Shown here one piece after another: positions 1-8,925 of a stretch of 64,000 nucleotides of DNA. Numbering within the stretch: position 1 is the stretch's first letter; every line of letters begins with the position of its first letter. Under the pieces are notes generated by a model. That model saw only the letters and a program-made list of their open reading frames with translations, ran no database searches and was not told the DNA's origin. Origin of the DNA: Spirochaetia bacterium (GTDB lineage Bacteria; Spirochaetota; Spirochaetia; UBA9216); contig CAXXYH010000004.1 in NCBI GenBank assembly GCA_963677925.2, positions 480,001 through 544,000 on the forward strand, given 5' to 3'. Both the position numbers and the translations under genes were made by a program.

Positions 1-659
1 GTGCAGAGCCTGGTTTCCGGGTCAAGGATGTAGGCGTAGCCGCCTTCAGTGTATTTATAATTAGAGATAATCTTCTGAAGGTCCGATGCATCAAGTACTG
101 TCTGCAGCTCTTCCGGTTTCACTCCTATCTGGATAAAACCCTTACCGCCTTCACGGGCAACACCAATATACTGAAAAAGAACATTATCGATGGCCCTTCT
201 CTGGGGTTCCTGTGCTATTTCAAGGTCCGGATCCTGCAGCAGCCTCATAAAGGGGCGGCTCTGATCTCCGGAATTAAAATCGAACCCATAGAATCCCGGG
301 GTTGTTCCGGCATAAAGTATTCCGTTTGAATCGGCAACATGTATTTCTTCGATTCCGACCTGCTCTGCCAGTTTCATCATGGCAGCGGTTCCGGGTGTTT
401 CCGGAACGGCATCAATATAGCGGGATACACTTCGGGCTATTCTTATGAAATTCCGGTCCATTGATTCTTTCATTATGTCTGTAATGTTAAGCATTGTATT
501 TTCCTGGAACTCAATATCGTCCAGGGTACCAAGTGTTGAAACCTCCATAACATTGTCTATCTCGTCGGATATGTTGGTATACCCGATAAAAGATATGATT
601 GCTTCGGCCGCTAACAGGATTACGGCGATGGGCAAAATGAGTTTGTAAATAATTTTCAC
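1..659 (-). CDS. Membrane sensor with periplasmic Cache-like domain, probably a methyl-accepting chemotaxis protein (runs off the window edge)
   Basis: Hand translation from GTG at 659 after RBS AGGAGGAG: MKIIYKLILPIAVILLAAEAIISFIGY (TM helix)...GILYAGTTPGFYGFDFNSGDQSRPF...QEPQRRAIDNVLFQYIGVAR...GGYAYILD; frame open to position 1. Confidence 0.7.
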   Translation of the reverse strand, partial: MKIIYKLILPIAVILLAAEAIISFIGYTNISDEIDNVMEVSTLGTLDDIEFQENTMLNITDIMKESMDRNFIRIARSVSRYIDAVPETPGTAAMMKLAEQVGIEEIHVADSNGILYAGTTPGFYGFDFNSGDQSRPFMRLLQDPDLEIAQEPQRRAIDNVLFQYIGVAREGGKGFIQIGVKPEELQTVLDASDLQKIISNYKYTEGGYAYILDPETRLC

Positions 660-741
660 GCAATCTCCTCCTGTTTCTTATATCGACTTCAGGCTAGTGC
701 AGGTTTATTTTTTTCAGCGTGAAATATACAACTGCCTTATA

Positions 742-770
742 TTGACAATCGTGAAACTGTAGAGTAACAT
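742..770 (+). promoter_or_regulatory. Sigma70-type promoter of the tRNA
   Basis: TTGACA (742-747), 17 bp, TAACAT (765-770), 12 bp upstream of the tRNA. Confidence 0.7.
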
Positions 771-782
771 GTCATCCACAAT

Positions 783-866
783 GCCCAGGTGGTGAAATTG
801 GTAGACACGCTAGGTTCAGGGTCTAGTGTCCGTGCGGACATGCTGGTTCGAGTCCAGTTCTGGGCA
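783..866 (+). tRNA. tRNA-Leu (anticodon CAG)
   Basis: Acceptor stem GCCCAGG/TCTGGGC, D-loop TGGTAGAC, anticodon arm CTAGG-TTCAGGG-TCTAG, long variable arm, T-loop GTTCGAG; CCA not encoded. Confidence 0.97.
807..866 (+). repeat. attL core (3' 60 bp of tRNA-Leu)
   Basis: ACGCTAGGTTCAGG...CCAGTTCTGGGCA, identical to 36270-36329. Confidence 0.95.
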
Positions 867-868
867 GC

Positions 869-900
869 TAACTCCTTACTTTGTAAGGAGTTATTTTTTT
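869..900 (+). terminator. Intrinsic terminator supplied by the island for the reconstituted tRNA
   Basis: TAACTCCTTAC-TTT-GTAAGGAGTTA perfect 11-bp stem followed by T7. Confidence 0.85.
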
Positions 901-939
901 ATAAAATCAGTATTCTTTTAAAAGCTGATTTTTATGTAA

Positions 940-960
940 AAAAGTGCCTGAAAAGTGCCT
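940..960 (+). promoter_or_regulatory. Putative integrase arm-type binding sites
   Basis: Tandem AAAAGTGCCT at 940-949 and 951-960; related motifs at about 36029 and 36160 near the other att end. Confidence 0.5.
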
Positions 961-1019
961 CAAATTCAAAACTTCAAAATTCCTACTAATTATACATATG
1001 CAAATGATTAGGAGGAAAC

Positions 1020-2159
1020 ATGAAAAGTCCATATTGTTTAAAAAAAAGAAAGCCTCAGAATGTCTGGTATTACAAACTGCAGTATGAAGATACCTATCAT
1101 TCAACCGGAGAAAAAACGAAAGCTGGAGCTGATAAATATGTCATATCCATACTCACGGGAGAAAGATCTCAACGTGTGAATGTAACTGTAAATGAGTTTA
1201 CAAAATCGTTTTTTATCCGGGGAGAGTGTTCATGGATAGAAAATAAGGAATTAAAAGGCAAGACAATTACACCTGAAATGGAAAAGATGAGACGTGGACA
1301 TCTTTTAAATCACTTTCAACCTAAATTCGGAAAACGTAAGATTGAATCAATTACTTCATTTGAAATCGAACAATGGTTAATCAAGCTTGATTTGAGTAAT
1401 ATTACGAAGAATCACATTCTGGATACTGTAAAGATTGTCTGGGCTGAAGCAAAGAAGAGAGGAGAAATAAAAGATAATATAGTTGCAGAATTGGAAAAAT
1501 TCAGCAAGCAAACTGTTGAACGTGATCCCTTCAGTAAAGAAGAGCTGCATTTACTATTTCCAGAAAATCAAAAAGAACTAATTCGTATCTGGGGTAATGA
1601 AATGTTTGCCGGATTATTCTTACTTCTTGCTACTACAGGTTTGAGATTGGGAGAGGCTCTTGCTTTGACATGGAAAGACATAATCTATGAAAAGACATCT
1701 ACGAAATATGTTTTGGATGTGAATAAATCAGTTAAAAATGATAGAAGAATTGGAAATACCAAGAATGGAGAAAACAGAATAGCTTTTATTCTCCCTCAAC
1801 TGTATTCAATACTAGAAGAATGGAAAAAGAAAACGGATTTTAATTCAGAAGAAGATTTTATTTTTCCCAACTATGAAAACAAACCGCTTCAAAGAAAAAG
1901 ATGTCTTGTGATATTCCGTAAGGCTTTGGAACAGACAGAAATTGGTACAGAAAAGAATCTTGTACCTCATAGTTTCAGGCATACTTTTAATACCATGTAT
2001 CGTAATGTGCTTGAAGATGAAGTTCTGAGAAAATTTACAGGGCATTCAGATCAGAAAATGACCGATCATTATGATCATCAAACGGCCGAATCCACGGCTA
2101 TGTTTCTTGCGAAATATGAAGATGATCTTGAGAAGGTCTGGAATAGCATATCCGCATAA
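1020..2159 (+). CDS. int: Tyrosine recombinase / site-specific integrase
   Basis: TGLRLGE (catalytic R), HSFRH (HxxR), GH...MTDHY (catalytic Y); RBS AGGAGG; next to attL. Confidence 0.95.
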   Translation: MKSPYCLKKRKPQNVWYYKLQYEDTYHSTGEKTKAGADKYVISILTGERSQRVNVTVNEFTKSFFIRGECSWIENKELKGKTITPEMEKMRRGHLLNHFQPKFGKRKIESITSFEIEQWLIKLDLSNITKNHILDTVKIVWAEAKKRGEIKDNIVAELEKFSKQTVERDPFSKEELHLLFPENQKELIRIWGNEMFAGLFLLLATTGLRLGEALALTWKDIIYEKTSTKYVLDVNKSVKNDRRIGNTKNGENRIAFILPQLYSILEEWKKKTDFNSEEDFIFPNYENKPLQRKRCLVIFRKALEQTEIGTEKNLVPHSFRHTFNTMYRNVLEDEVLRKFTGHSDQKMTDHYDHQTAESTAMFLAKYEDDLEKVWNSISA

Positions 2160-2167
2160 ATGTCTAA

Positions 2168-2195
2168 AGACGTACAGATTGTTTTCTGTACGTCT
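2168..2195. terminator. Perfect hairpin between convergent integrase and helicase-Rep genes (terminator or origin hairpin)
   Basis: AGACGTACAGA-TTGTTT-TCTGTACGTCT, 11-bp stem, followed by a very AT-rich tract of about 170 bp. Confidence 0.55.
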
Positions 2196-2365
2196 GAGAT
2201 ATCATTATCTCTCTGTTATATATATACTCTTTTCTTAATTATTTTATAATCTACTAATTATGTATAAATATATGATAAATGCCATTATATAGTTATGTAA
2301 ATTACTATAAACCTAAAATATGTATTATATATTTGTTGTAAAACTAAAATCATAACCGATTATAA

Positions 2366-4327
2366 CTATTTATTATCCCAATTTATTTTGATCTTATTTG
2401 TTAAAATACCCTCAACTTTTTCTTCACCAACTACCTTCCCAAATAAAGATATGTACCTACCTGATAGATATTCAAATAGACCTTTTTTCATATTAAGCAG
2501 AGAATATAGGTTTGGATTTTTAGCAAATGCATATTGAGCAATAGCAGGAGTTCCACGTAATCTTACTTCAACCTTCAATGTATATTTTATATGTATTTTG
2601 TTTTCATTCTCTTTCTCTGCAGCATCATACATAACCATAGTTAGAGAATTATATTTGTTTGCATGATGGTTAATGTATGTTGACCCTTCAGTACCATCTT
2701 TCAAAGCATATGGACAGACCTTGTATTTGTTATGATTACTCTTTAAGTCCTTTAGCCTCTTTTCCTCAAAACCCTCTAATACCTTTAGTTGTTTAAGTAT
2801 TTCTTGCTTGAAAGCCTCTCTTTCCGCTTCGTTATTGAATTTGAAGGTATGCTGTAAATCAATTCTATGTATAAATATTTTCTTTATATTAACCCTGTAA
2901 TCAAAGAATTCTATTATTTTATTACGGATTAACTTTAGCATTTCATAATCATCGTATCGATTCTTCTTTAGAAAGTTCAAATCATAGAATTCAAAGAAGA
3001 ATGATTTATCTTTCTTAAATAAGCTTATCTGGTATGAGAATCCATCCTCAGTCTTTTTGCTGATAGCTTTAGGCTGATCTTCGCTATCAGTTTTATAGTT
3101 ACTGATTAGAGGTCTGAAAAATGGTAGATCCTTAAAAGCTATTTTGAATGTTATTGTGTCCATCATACTCATATTGATTTTATTCAATGTGAAATTACGG
3201 TTATCTTTTAGCTCTTTAAATTGTTTGTATGGCTGTAGTTTTTTTCTCTGATTAACAACGAGATCACAGACATCTTTGATATAGAATTTCCTTTCATCTT
3301 CACTGATAGGTGCTGTTTCATATAGGTGTAATTGCTTTTTTACATTAGAAACTGCAGTGAAAAATAAGTTCTTTTCCTCTTCATCTGCATAGAATAGATG
3401 CTTTATACCGTAGAAGAATAAAATATCGCATTCAGGTAATTTATGGATTGTGCAGATTTCTATTCTTTCAATCACCTTTTCCGGAAAAAACAGTTTAATA
3501 AGTTCATAGTCCGATTTATGACGCCCGACTAAACATAATTTATAGGTTGAAGGTATGAGTTTGACTTTCTTGACAATATCTTTTGCAACATGCAATGGCC
3601 CCTGTAAGAAGCTTACTTTTGGTTTATCCCCATTGTCAACAGTATCATCATAAAGTGACGAACTTGGGAATAATTGTCCTATGCAATGATTTAAGAATTT
3701 TATTATTCGTCCATCAGCTCTGTCATTTTTAGTCAGTTCCTCTCTGCTATATGATTCTGCGATATATTCTTCTCTAATCTTATCAAAATTATCTTCTATT
3801 ACAATTTTCCGTTTAATAGTATTAAGGAATCCGTATATTGCTGATAAAGTGCAGCCCGTTATAATTAGATCAGTCGTTTTTCTTATTGGAAGTATATGGA
3901 CAATTTCTTTCTGAAAAATAGTGAAATTTTGATATTCATTAAGGATTATTATATCAATATCCCCGATATACTTTCTTCTTTCAAAATCAGTTAATTTCTT
4001 ATATCCGGTATATAGCTTATCAAATGCTTCCGGGGGTAGATTCTCCTCTTCTTCTTCGAAATTATACTTATTTACAATATCAAGGAATTCTGGTGGTAAA
4101 AGATCATTTGTTTTTAACCCATGATAGCACAAACTTGTAACTGTATGACAAAGCACTTCGTTCGGTAATTCGTTAATCGCTTTCGTTCTTGAAGCCTTTT
4201 TAAAACTTAGATGAAGTATATTGAGATTAGAAGTCTCCTGTAATCTATTACTGATGATCTCAAATATTTGCCAATTTATTCCGGTTCCATTTTTTCCATG
4301 AACTTCTAATAGGTTTCTAACTATCAT
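2366..4327 (-). CDS. Fusion of a degenerate UvrD/PcrA-like SF1 helicase (N-term) and a Rep_trans-like replication initiator/relaxase domain (C-term)
   Basis: SF1A motifs in order but eroded: HGKNGTGIN, ILHLSFKKA, HTVTSLC, IILNEYQN, ITGCTLSAIYGF, LTKNDR, CTIHKLPE, EEKNLFFTAVSNVK. C-term: MDTITF, HRIDLQHT, STYIN, VMYDA, LKVEVRL. ATG at 4327 follows a G-run RBS and overlaps the end of the xis-like gene. Confidence 0.65.
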   Translation of the reverse strand: MIVRNLLEVHGKNGTGINWQIFEIISNRLQETSNLNILHLSFKKASRTKAINELPNEVLCHTVTSLCYHGLKTNDLLPPEFLDIVNKYNFEEEEENLPPEAFDKLYTGYKKLTDFERRKYIGDIDIIILNEYQNFTIFQKEIVHILPIRKTTDLIITGCTLSAIYGFLNTIKRKIVIEDNFDKIREEYIAESYSREELTKNDRADGRIIKFLNHCIGQLFPSSSLYDDTVDNGDKPKVSFLQGPLHVAKDIVKKVKLIPSTYKLCLVGRHKSDYELIKLFFPEKVIERIEICTIHKLPECDILFFYGIKHLFYADEEEKNLFFTAVSNVKKQLHLYETAPISEDERKFYIKDVCDLVVNQRKKLQPYKQFKELKDNRNFTLNKINMSMMDTITFKIAFKDLPFFRPLISNYKTDSEDQPKAISKKTEDGFSYQISLFKKDKSFFFEFYDLNFLKKNRYDDYEMLKLIRNKIIEFFDYRVNIKKIFIHRIDLQHTFKFNNEAEREAFKQEILKQLKVLEGFEEKRLKDLKSNHNKYKVCPYALKDGTEGSTYINHHANKYNSLTMVMYDAAEKENENKIHIKYTLKVEVRLRGTPAIAQYAFAKNPNLYSLLNMKKGLFEYLSGRYISLFGKVVGEEKVEGILTNKIKINWDNK

Positions 4328-4592
4328 AAGACCCCCCGTTTTGAAGGTCCTCATCTGTCTGTAACAACCAATTTAATACTGTATCTCGTCTCCACCTTTT
4401 ATTTCGACCACCAATATTGCCATCGCTTTTTCCGTTATTAGGTTGGAGATATGTACGATTACAAGCTGTTTTGTAACATATTCCCTTGGCTTCACAAGCC
4501 TCTTTAAGCGATAACCAAGCTTTTTTGGGCAGGATGTCTGCTAAAAAGCCATTTTCATTGTTTTGTTCATTTTGATTTTTAATTTTTTCCAT
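4317..4592 (-). CDS. Excisionase/AlpA-like winged-HTH DNA-binding protein
   Basis: WLSLKEACEAKGICYKT...GGRNKRWRRDTVLNWL; small, basic, near the integrase and convergent with it. Confidence 0.7.
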   Translation of the reverse strand: MEKIKNQNEQNNENGFLADILPKKAWLSLKEACEAKGICYKTACNRTYLQPNNGKSDGNIGGRNKRWRRDTVLNWLLQTDEDLQNGGSYDS

Positions 4593-4772
4593 TTATAGCC
4601 TCTTTATGTTTTTGATATTTAATTAGTAAAGGTTCATGAGTGGTCTGGAGTTGATTGGCATTTAGGGGCATATGAGTGAATAGGAAAATATTTAATTATT
4701 CTGTAAGGAAATAATCTCAAATAATGAAAAGATTGCTTGATCAATTTCCATTCATGTCCCCATAATGGGGAT

Positions 4773-5594
4773 ATGAAAAAATCATATAAAATTAAGGATA
4801 AGAGAGAATCTGGAATTTATCTATATGAGCGCTTGTATGAATATGACCCAGAAACTAAAAGGACTAAGCATGGAAAGAAGAGATACATTGGGAAGCTTGA
4901 TGAGAACGGTGAGATTATCAAGAAAGATACTTTGTTAAGTGTTCGGAAGTATCGATTTAATGATTTCATAGGTATAGACGAGAAATTTCCATTGTTAGAT
5001 AAAATACTTTTAAATATTGATATTGATATGACCCATATATCATCAAGTCATCCTATACCCGATAGTACAGTTTATGACTATGTTCTGGAACAACCCTCAA
5101 AAGTAGGGAAATACTATATCGCTATTCATTGGGATAATGGTTTTAAGAATTTTACGATTTCTGCAACTGAAGTTTATAAAGCATCTAATGCGACAGTAAC
5201 CATCAAGAATTCTACAAGACAGAATACTCCAACCAAAAAATTATGGTATATTAAGAATTTTAATAGTTCTTCAATAGAAGATATTTTTAATCGAACGGAT
5301 AATCACAGATTAGGTAGTAATGGACTATTAAAAGCTCCCTATGCAAAAGACACTGATATTCAAGAAATCGGTAAAATGTATAAACTATTATTGTTTCTTG
5401 TAGAATCATTTAAACTGAAAACGCAATGTGCAGAAGTTGGTTTCAGAGAAGCCCTTGATGAACTTTCCATCTTTCTCTGGTATTATCTAAAAAATCATCA
5501 AATAGATTCCTTATTTGATGATATTAGTTATATTTCTAATTGTTGTATCTGTATTTTCCCCGAAAGAGAAGAGATAAGGAAAATGCAGTATTAA
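4773..5594 (+). CDS. Hypothetical protein with an N-terminal segment resembling IS4/IS1634-type transposase N-termini
   Basis: GIYLYERLYEYDPETKRTKHGKKRYIGKLDENG; no DDE core recognised; ATG 4773 follows GGGG (ORF track starts at 4737). Confidence 0.5.
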   Translation: MKKSYKIKDKRESGIYLYERLYEYDPETKRTKHGKKRYIGKLDENGEIIKKDTLLSVRKYRFNDFIGIDEKFPLLDKILLNIDIDMTHISSSHPIPDSTVYDYVLEQPSKVGKYYIAIHWDNGFKNFTISATEVYKASNATVTIKNSTRQNTPTKKLWYIKNFNSSSIEDIFNRTDNHRLGSNGLLKAPYAKDTDIQEIGKMYKLLLFLVESFKLKTQCAEVGFREALDELSIFLWYYLKNHQIDSLFDDISYISNCCICIFPEREEIRKMQY

Positions 5595-5650
5595 ATTGAT
5601 GAATTAAAAAAGCTTGTGAAGATATTCTCAATACTAATTGTGTTTAATTA

Positions 5651-5989
5651 TTATTTTGCTGCAAGAATACTAACACTCCAGCCTTTTTTGTCTGCAACAT
5701 TAAGTTTATAATGGGATCCATCTTTTAGGTAGACTTTAAGGCATTTTAATATTGGTAATATCATTAATAACATTGAGTAATGGCCTATAGTAACATCCGC
5801 AATATTTGATATTGGTATTTCAAGTGTTTTTCTTTTAACATGATTCTCATGAATTATTCTCTGATTAGTAAGGTATAGATGACCTCCTTTAGCTCCAGTG
5901 ATAAACTTGATAGGACCTCCTCCACTACGACGAATCAGTTCTTCATTTTCATTTAATTTGGTTTTTGGAAGTTTGATTTTTGTGTTCAT
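5651..5989 (-). CDS. Small PH/GRAM-like domain protein
   Basis: LNENEELI...GGHLYLTNQRIIHE...LEIPISNIADV; RBS GGAG. Confidence 0.7.
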   Translation of the reverse strand: MNTKIKLPKTKLNENEELIRRSGGGPIKFITGAKGGHLYLTNQRIIHENHVKRKTLEIPISNIADVTIGHYSMLLMILPILKCLKVYLKDGSHYKLNVADKKGWSVSILAAK

Positions 5990-6007
5990 TTTTGATCTCC
6001 ATTAATA

Positions 6008-6055
6008 GCTGCAAATATGCAGCAATTAAATAATATAATAATCTGCTGCATATTT
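6008..6055. promoter_or_regulatory. Operator-like inverted repeats in the divergent promoter
   Basis: AAATATGCAGCA (6013-6024) / TGCTGCATATTT (6044-6055) perfect 12-bp IR around TATAAT (6034-6039); third half-site GCTGCA at 6008. Confidence 0.65.
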
Positions 6056-6060
6056 CAAGC

Positions 6061-6273
6061 ATGGATATAGGGAAAGCCATAGTTAGTATTCGAAAATCAA
6101 AAAAGATATCACAGAATAAAATAGCAACATTAACAAATCTAAATAGGGGTTATATCTATCGCTTAGAAAATGATCATATCAGTCCAAGTATAAATACATT
6201 AGAGATCATAGCTGAAGCAATGAATATTAAAGTTTCGGATATAATTATTTATGCTGAAACATGTAATGGATAA
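6061..6273 (+). CDS. XRE/Cro-family HTH transcriptional regulator
   Basis: IRKSKKISQNKIATLTNLNRGYIYRLENDHISPSINTLEIIAEAM. Confidence 0.9.
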   Translation: MDIGKAIVSIRKSKKISQNKIATLTNLNRGYIYRLENDHISPSINTLEIIAEAMNIKVSDIIIYAETCNG

Positions 6274-6409
6274 ATATCAATTATTGCTGCTTTATTCACG
6301 TTTTTAAAACTTGAAATTGAATTCCAGAGAGATTAAATTATAAATATAGACGTGATTTGTTAACCGGATTGCAGGCGTCTTAAAATATAATGCTAAAAGG
6401 AACCTAATA

Positions 6410-6853
6410 ATGAATAATTCAAATAAAGAACGGCTTCCCTCATATGAATGTATGTTTTGTAAAAGAACATTGAAACAAGTCGGTGGCCAAAGAATTATCT
6501 CACAGCACAATTTGAAAATCTGCTTATCTAATAGATTTCTTGGAGGTGGTAATCCTGATAATTTTGATGTTTCAATAAAAATAGAAGAAGATTTGTACAT
6601 AAATTTTCGTGGTCCAAAAGATGAATGGAATAATAATATTAAAGAGTATATAAAAAAAGAATTTTTAAATGATCTACTACCATGGTTCTGTCAGGAGTGT
6701 GGGAAAAGAATGTGTCAAGATTGTGGCTCTCCGACTCAATATTTAGGTGGTTGTGATATTCTAAATGATAACGGTTCTTCTTCACATTCTGGAATATTTG
6801 GAATACCTTCGGGATGTATTAATCCTAAATGTAAGAAGCATCTTAAATCATGA
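6410..6853 (+). CDS. Cys-rich putative zinc-binding hypothetical protein
   Basis: CMFC...CQECGKRMCQDC...GCINPKC; RBS AAGGA. Confidence 0.65.
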   Translation: MNNSNKERLPSYECMFCKRTLKQVGGQRIISQHNLKICLSNRFLGGGNPDNFDVSIKIEEDLYINFRGPKDEWNNNIKEYIKKEFLNDLLPWFCQECGKRMCQDCGSPTQYLGGCDILNDNGSSSHSGIFGIPSGCINPKCKKHLKS

Positions 6854-7323
6854 TATTTCAATGCAATTTTTAGATGAATAAGTGAGTAATATTCATCATT
6901 GTATATTAACTTTATACTTATTTCTTTTCTATTCTCATGCATTGAGGCGCCCTGAGGAGGGATTTCGTTTTGTTCAAAGGATTCAAACTTGGATTGATCC
7001 GAAGTAATTTCATTTAAAATTTCACGATCAATTATAAAAGAATTAAGAATAGCAATTCTCCGAATTTCCTTTACTGTGGTATTAATTTTATGGATTGCTG
7101 AAGCATAGGAGCGCCAATCACCATCTTCTATGCAAGAAATAAGTAATTGTGATTCCTCTTCAATCTCAATCGGCATTTTGAAAATAGTTTTATAGGCTTT
7201 ATAACTGTCATCAAAAACAACTGAAAACCGTCTCATCCTATCTTTTATAATATAGAAATATTGCCACATAAATTGCTCTGAGGGGATTAAATTTAAATTT
7301 CTGGAATTGTTTTTATACCGCAT
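6736..7323 (-). CDS. Hypothetical protein, possibly a remnant
   Basis: 195-aa ORF; last 118 bp overlap the convergent Cys-rich gene; no motif recognised. Confidence 0.35.
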   Translation of the reverse strand: MRYKNNSRNLNLIPSEQFMWQYFYIIKDRMRRFSVVFDDSYKAYKTIFKMPIEIEEESQLLISCIEDGDWRSYASAIHKINTTVKEIRRIAILNSFIIDREILNEITSDQSKFESFEQNEIPPQGASMHENRKEISIKLIYNDEYYSLIHLKIALKYHDLRCFLHLGLIHPEGIPNIPECEEEPLSFRISQPPKY

Positions 7324-7466
7324 AACGGATTGAAGATGAACAACAAAATATCACTTATATTGTACTCCCATTTGAAAGCTGAGAGCTTGGACCGGATTCT
7401 TGTGATACTGTTGGATATGCCTTTTGGTGTTTTGGGGATGGTCATTTCCATCTTGTATTCATTCAT
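7293..7466 (-). pseudogene. Short ORF, probably a truncated gene start
   Basis: RBS AGGAG then MNEYKMEMTIPKTPKGISNSITRIRSKLSAFKWEYNIS...; stops after 57 aa and overlaps the next ORF in another frame. Confidence 0.35.
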
Positions 7467-7692
7467 ATATGGCTCCTGTCTATGAAATGATGAAATTTTA
7501 CGTCATTACAGATTGAGGAGTAACCCTGGGTGTTCTACCAGTAGGATTGAATAGGAAAAAATTACCACATTCCAGCTTGTCATGAGGTGTAATGTAACTC
7601 TGAAAGATTTAATACATGACTTTTTGCTTATTTTACCCGATAATAGCAGCATAAACTGACAATTTTGGAAAAAGGATTCTGATAAAAATATA

Positions 7693-8925
7693 ATGATGAT
7701 AAATCGAGATGCTGGTGATAAATTTAAAGGTCTAACACTTCAAAAAGTACGAGCTGTGTATTCTGTTCTAAAAGCCCTTAACACATCTCAGAAAAAAGTC
7801 GACCTGATTTATTTTGCGATTGAAGCAGATGACGACATACAAATTGTAGAAAGTACAGAAGGAAAACTCAATCTAACCTTTGAGCAAAACAAAGATCTCC
7901 AGAGTAAAGGTGTGCTTACAATAAACAGTACTGATGTATATAAGAGCCTTATCAACTTTATTGACATTTGGATTCGACAGCGTGAAAGTGACTCGATAAA
8001 ATTCGTTTTTTATACAACATGTAATATTGGAAAAGAACAAACTTCCAAAGTCATTACTGAGTTAGAACTATCACTACCCGAAGAACCGGTTATCAATATA
8101 ATAAAGAGCTCAGAAATCGATGACGGGTTTCTTGAAGACTTTTTTGTTCCATATATGAGTGAGGTTTATCGTAAAGCATACGAATCACATGACAAGTCAT
8201 ATATAGGAATTATTTCCGAATGGGATTTGGAAAAGTGGAAATCTTTTTTGAATCGAATTGAATGGGTGTTTCTTGGCCGTTCTGTTGATAAAATTGATGA
8301 AGAAATTATCTCTGAGATAACAAAGTGTGATTTCTATAATGTATCCTTGGTAGGAAAAGAAAAAGCTATTAGTGCTCGTATAGAGCAGGAACTGGAACGA
8401 CGTATGGCAAATGATGACTATGTTTCACGATTCTTGCATTTATCGGATATTAAGCTAATCTTCAAAGAAGCAGAATCAGATGACATTGATTTTGATGATA
8501 TTACTGGCGAAATCTTAGACCAGATAGATGTTACGGATACAAGAGATGTTCAGCAAAAAATCAATTCGGTTTGCCCCTCTGCAAGTGGTAGAGTTCTTAA
8601 CCATTATAAAATATTAGCCAGTGAAGCTTTACTCGTAGAACGATCTCAGAAATTTCCACACCCTTTTAAAAGTCAAAAGTACCAGATTTATACTGCTGTA
8701 CAGGATTACATCATTCGTAATTCAGAGGATTTACTGGAATTGAATGAGAAAGCTCTTATAGGTGTTCTTGATTCTATGTGTGACTTGGCCATCCAGAGGG
8801 TTAAGGTTGATAAGGCAGACTTCCGGTATCCAGTAAATGATGATCAATCAATAAGAAATATGGTCTTTGGGCTTTTAGACCAATGTTACATAGCATTTGA
8901 TGGGGAGGTTAGTATTGAATCCTAA
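7693..8925 (+). CDS. lmuA: Lamassu/ABC-3C effector: Cap4-like PD-(D/E)xK endonuclease plus ABC-3C C-terminal domain
   Basis: DAGDKFKGLTLQ...IEADDDI...FEQNK nuclease pattern; C-terminal GLLDQCYIAF; first gene of an overlapping three-gene operon. Confidence 0.75.
   Translation: MMINRDAGDKFKGLTLQKVRAVYSVLKALNTSQKKVDLIYFAIEADDDIQIVESTEGKLNLTFEQNKDLQSKGVLTINSTDVYKSLINFIDIWIRQRESDSIKFVFYTTCNIGKEQTSKVITELELSLPEEPVINIIKSSEIDDGFLEDFFVPYMSEVYRKAYESHDKSYIGIISEWDLEKWKSFLNRIEWVFLGRSVDKIDEEIISEITKCDFYNVSLVGKEKAISARIEQELERRMANDDYVSRFLHLSDIKLIFKEAESDDIDFDDITGEILDQIDVTDTRDVQQKINSVCPSASGRVLNHYKILASEALLVERSQKFPHPFKSQKYQIYTAVQDYIIRNSEDLLELNEKALIGVLDSMCDLAIQRVKVDKADFRYPVNDDQSIRNMVFGLLDQCYIAFDGEVSIES

Noticed and set aside
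789-989. 66-aa ORF in the track
   Set aside because: Overlaps the tRNA-Leu gene and its terminator; spurious
6304-6600. 98-aa minus-strand ORF
   Set aside because: Overlaps the better-supported Cys-rich gene on the opposite strand; no motif
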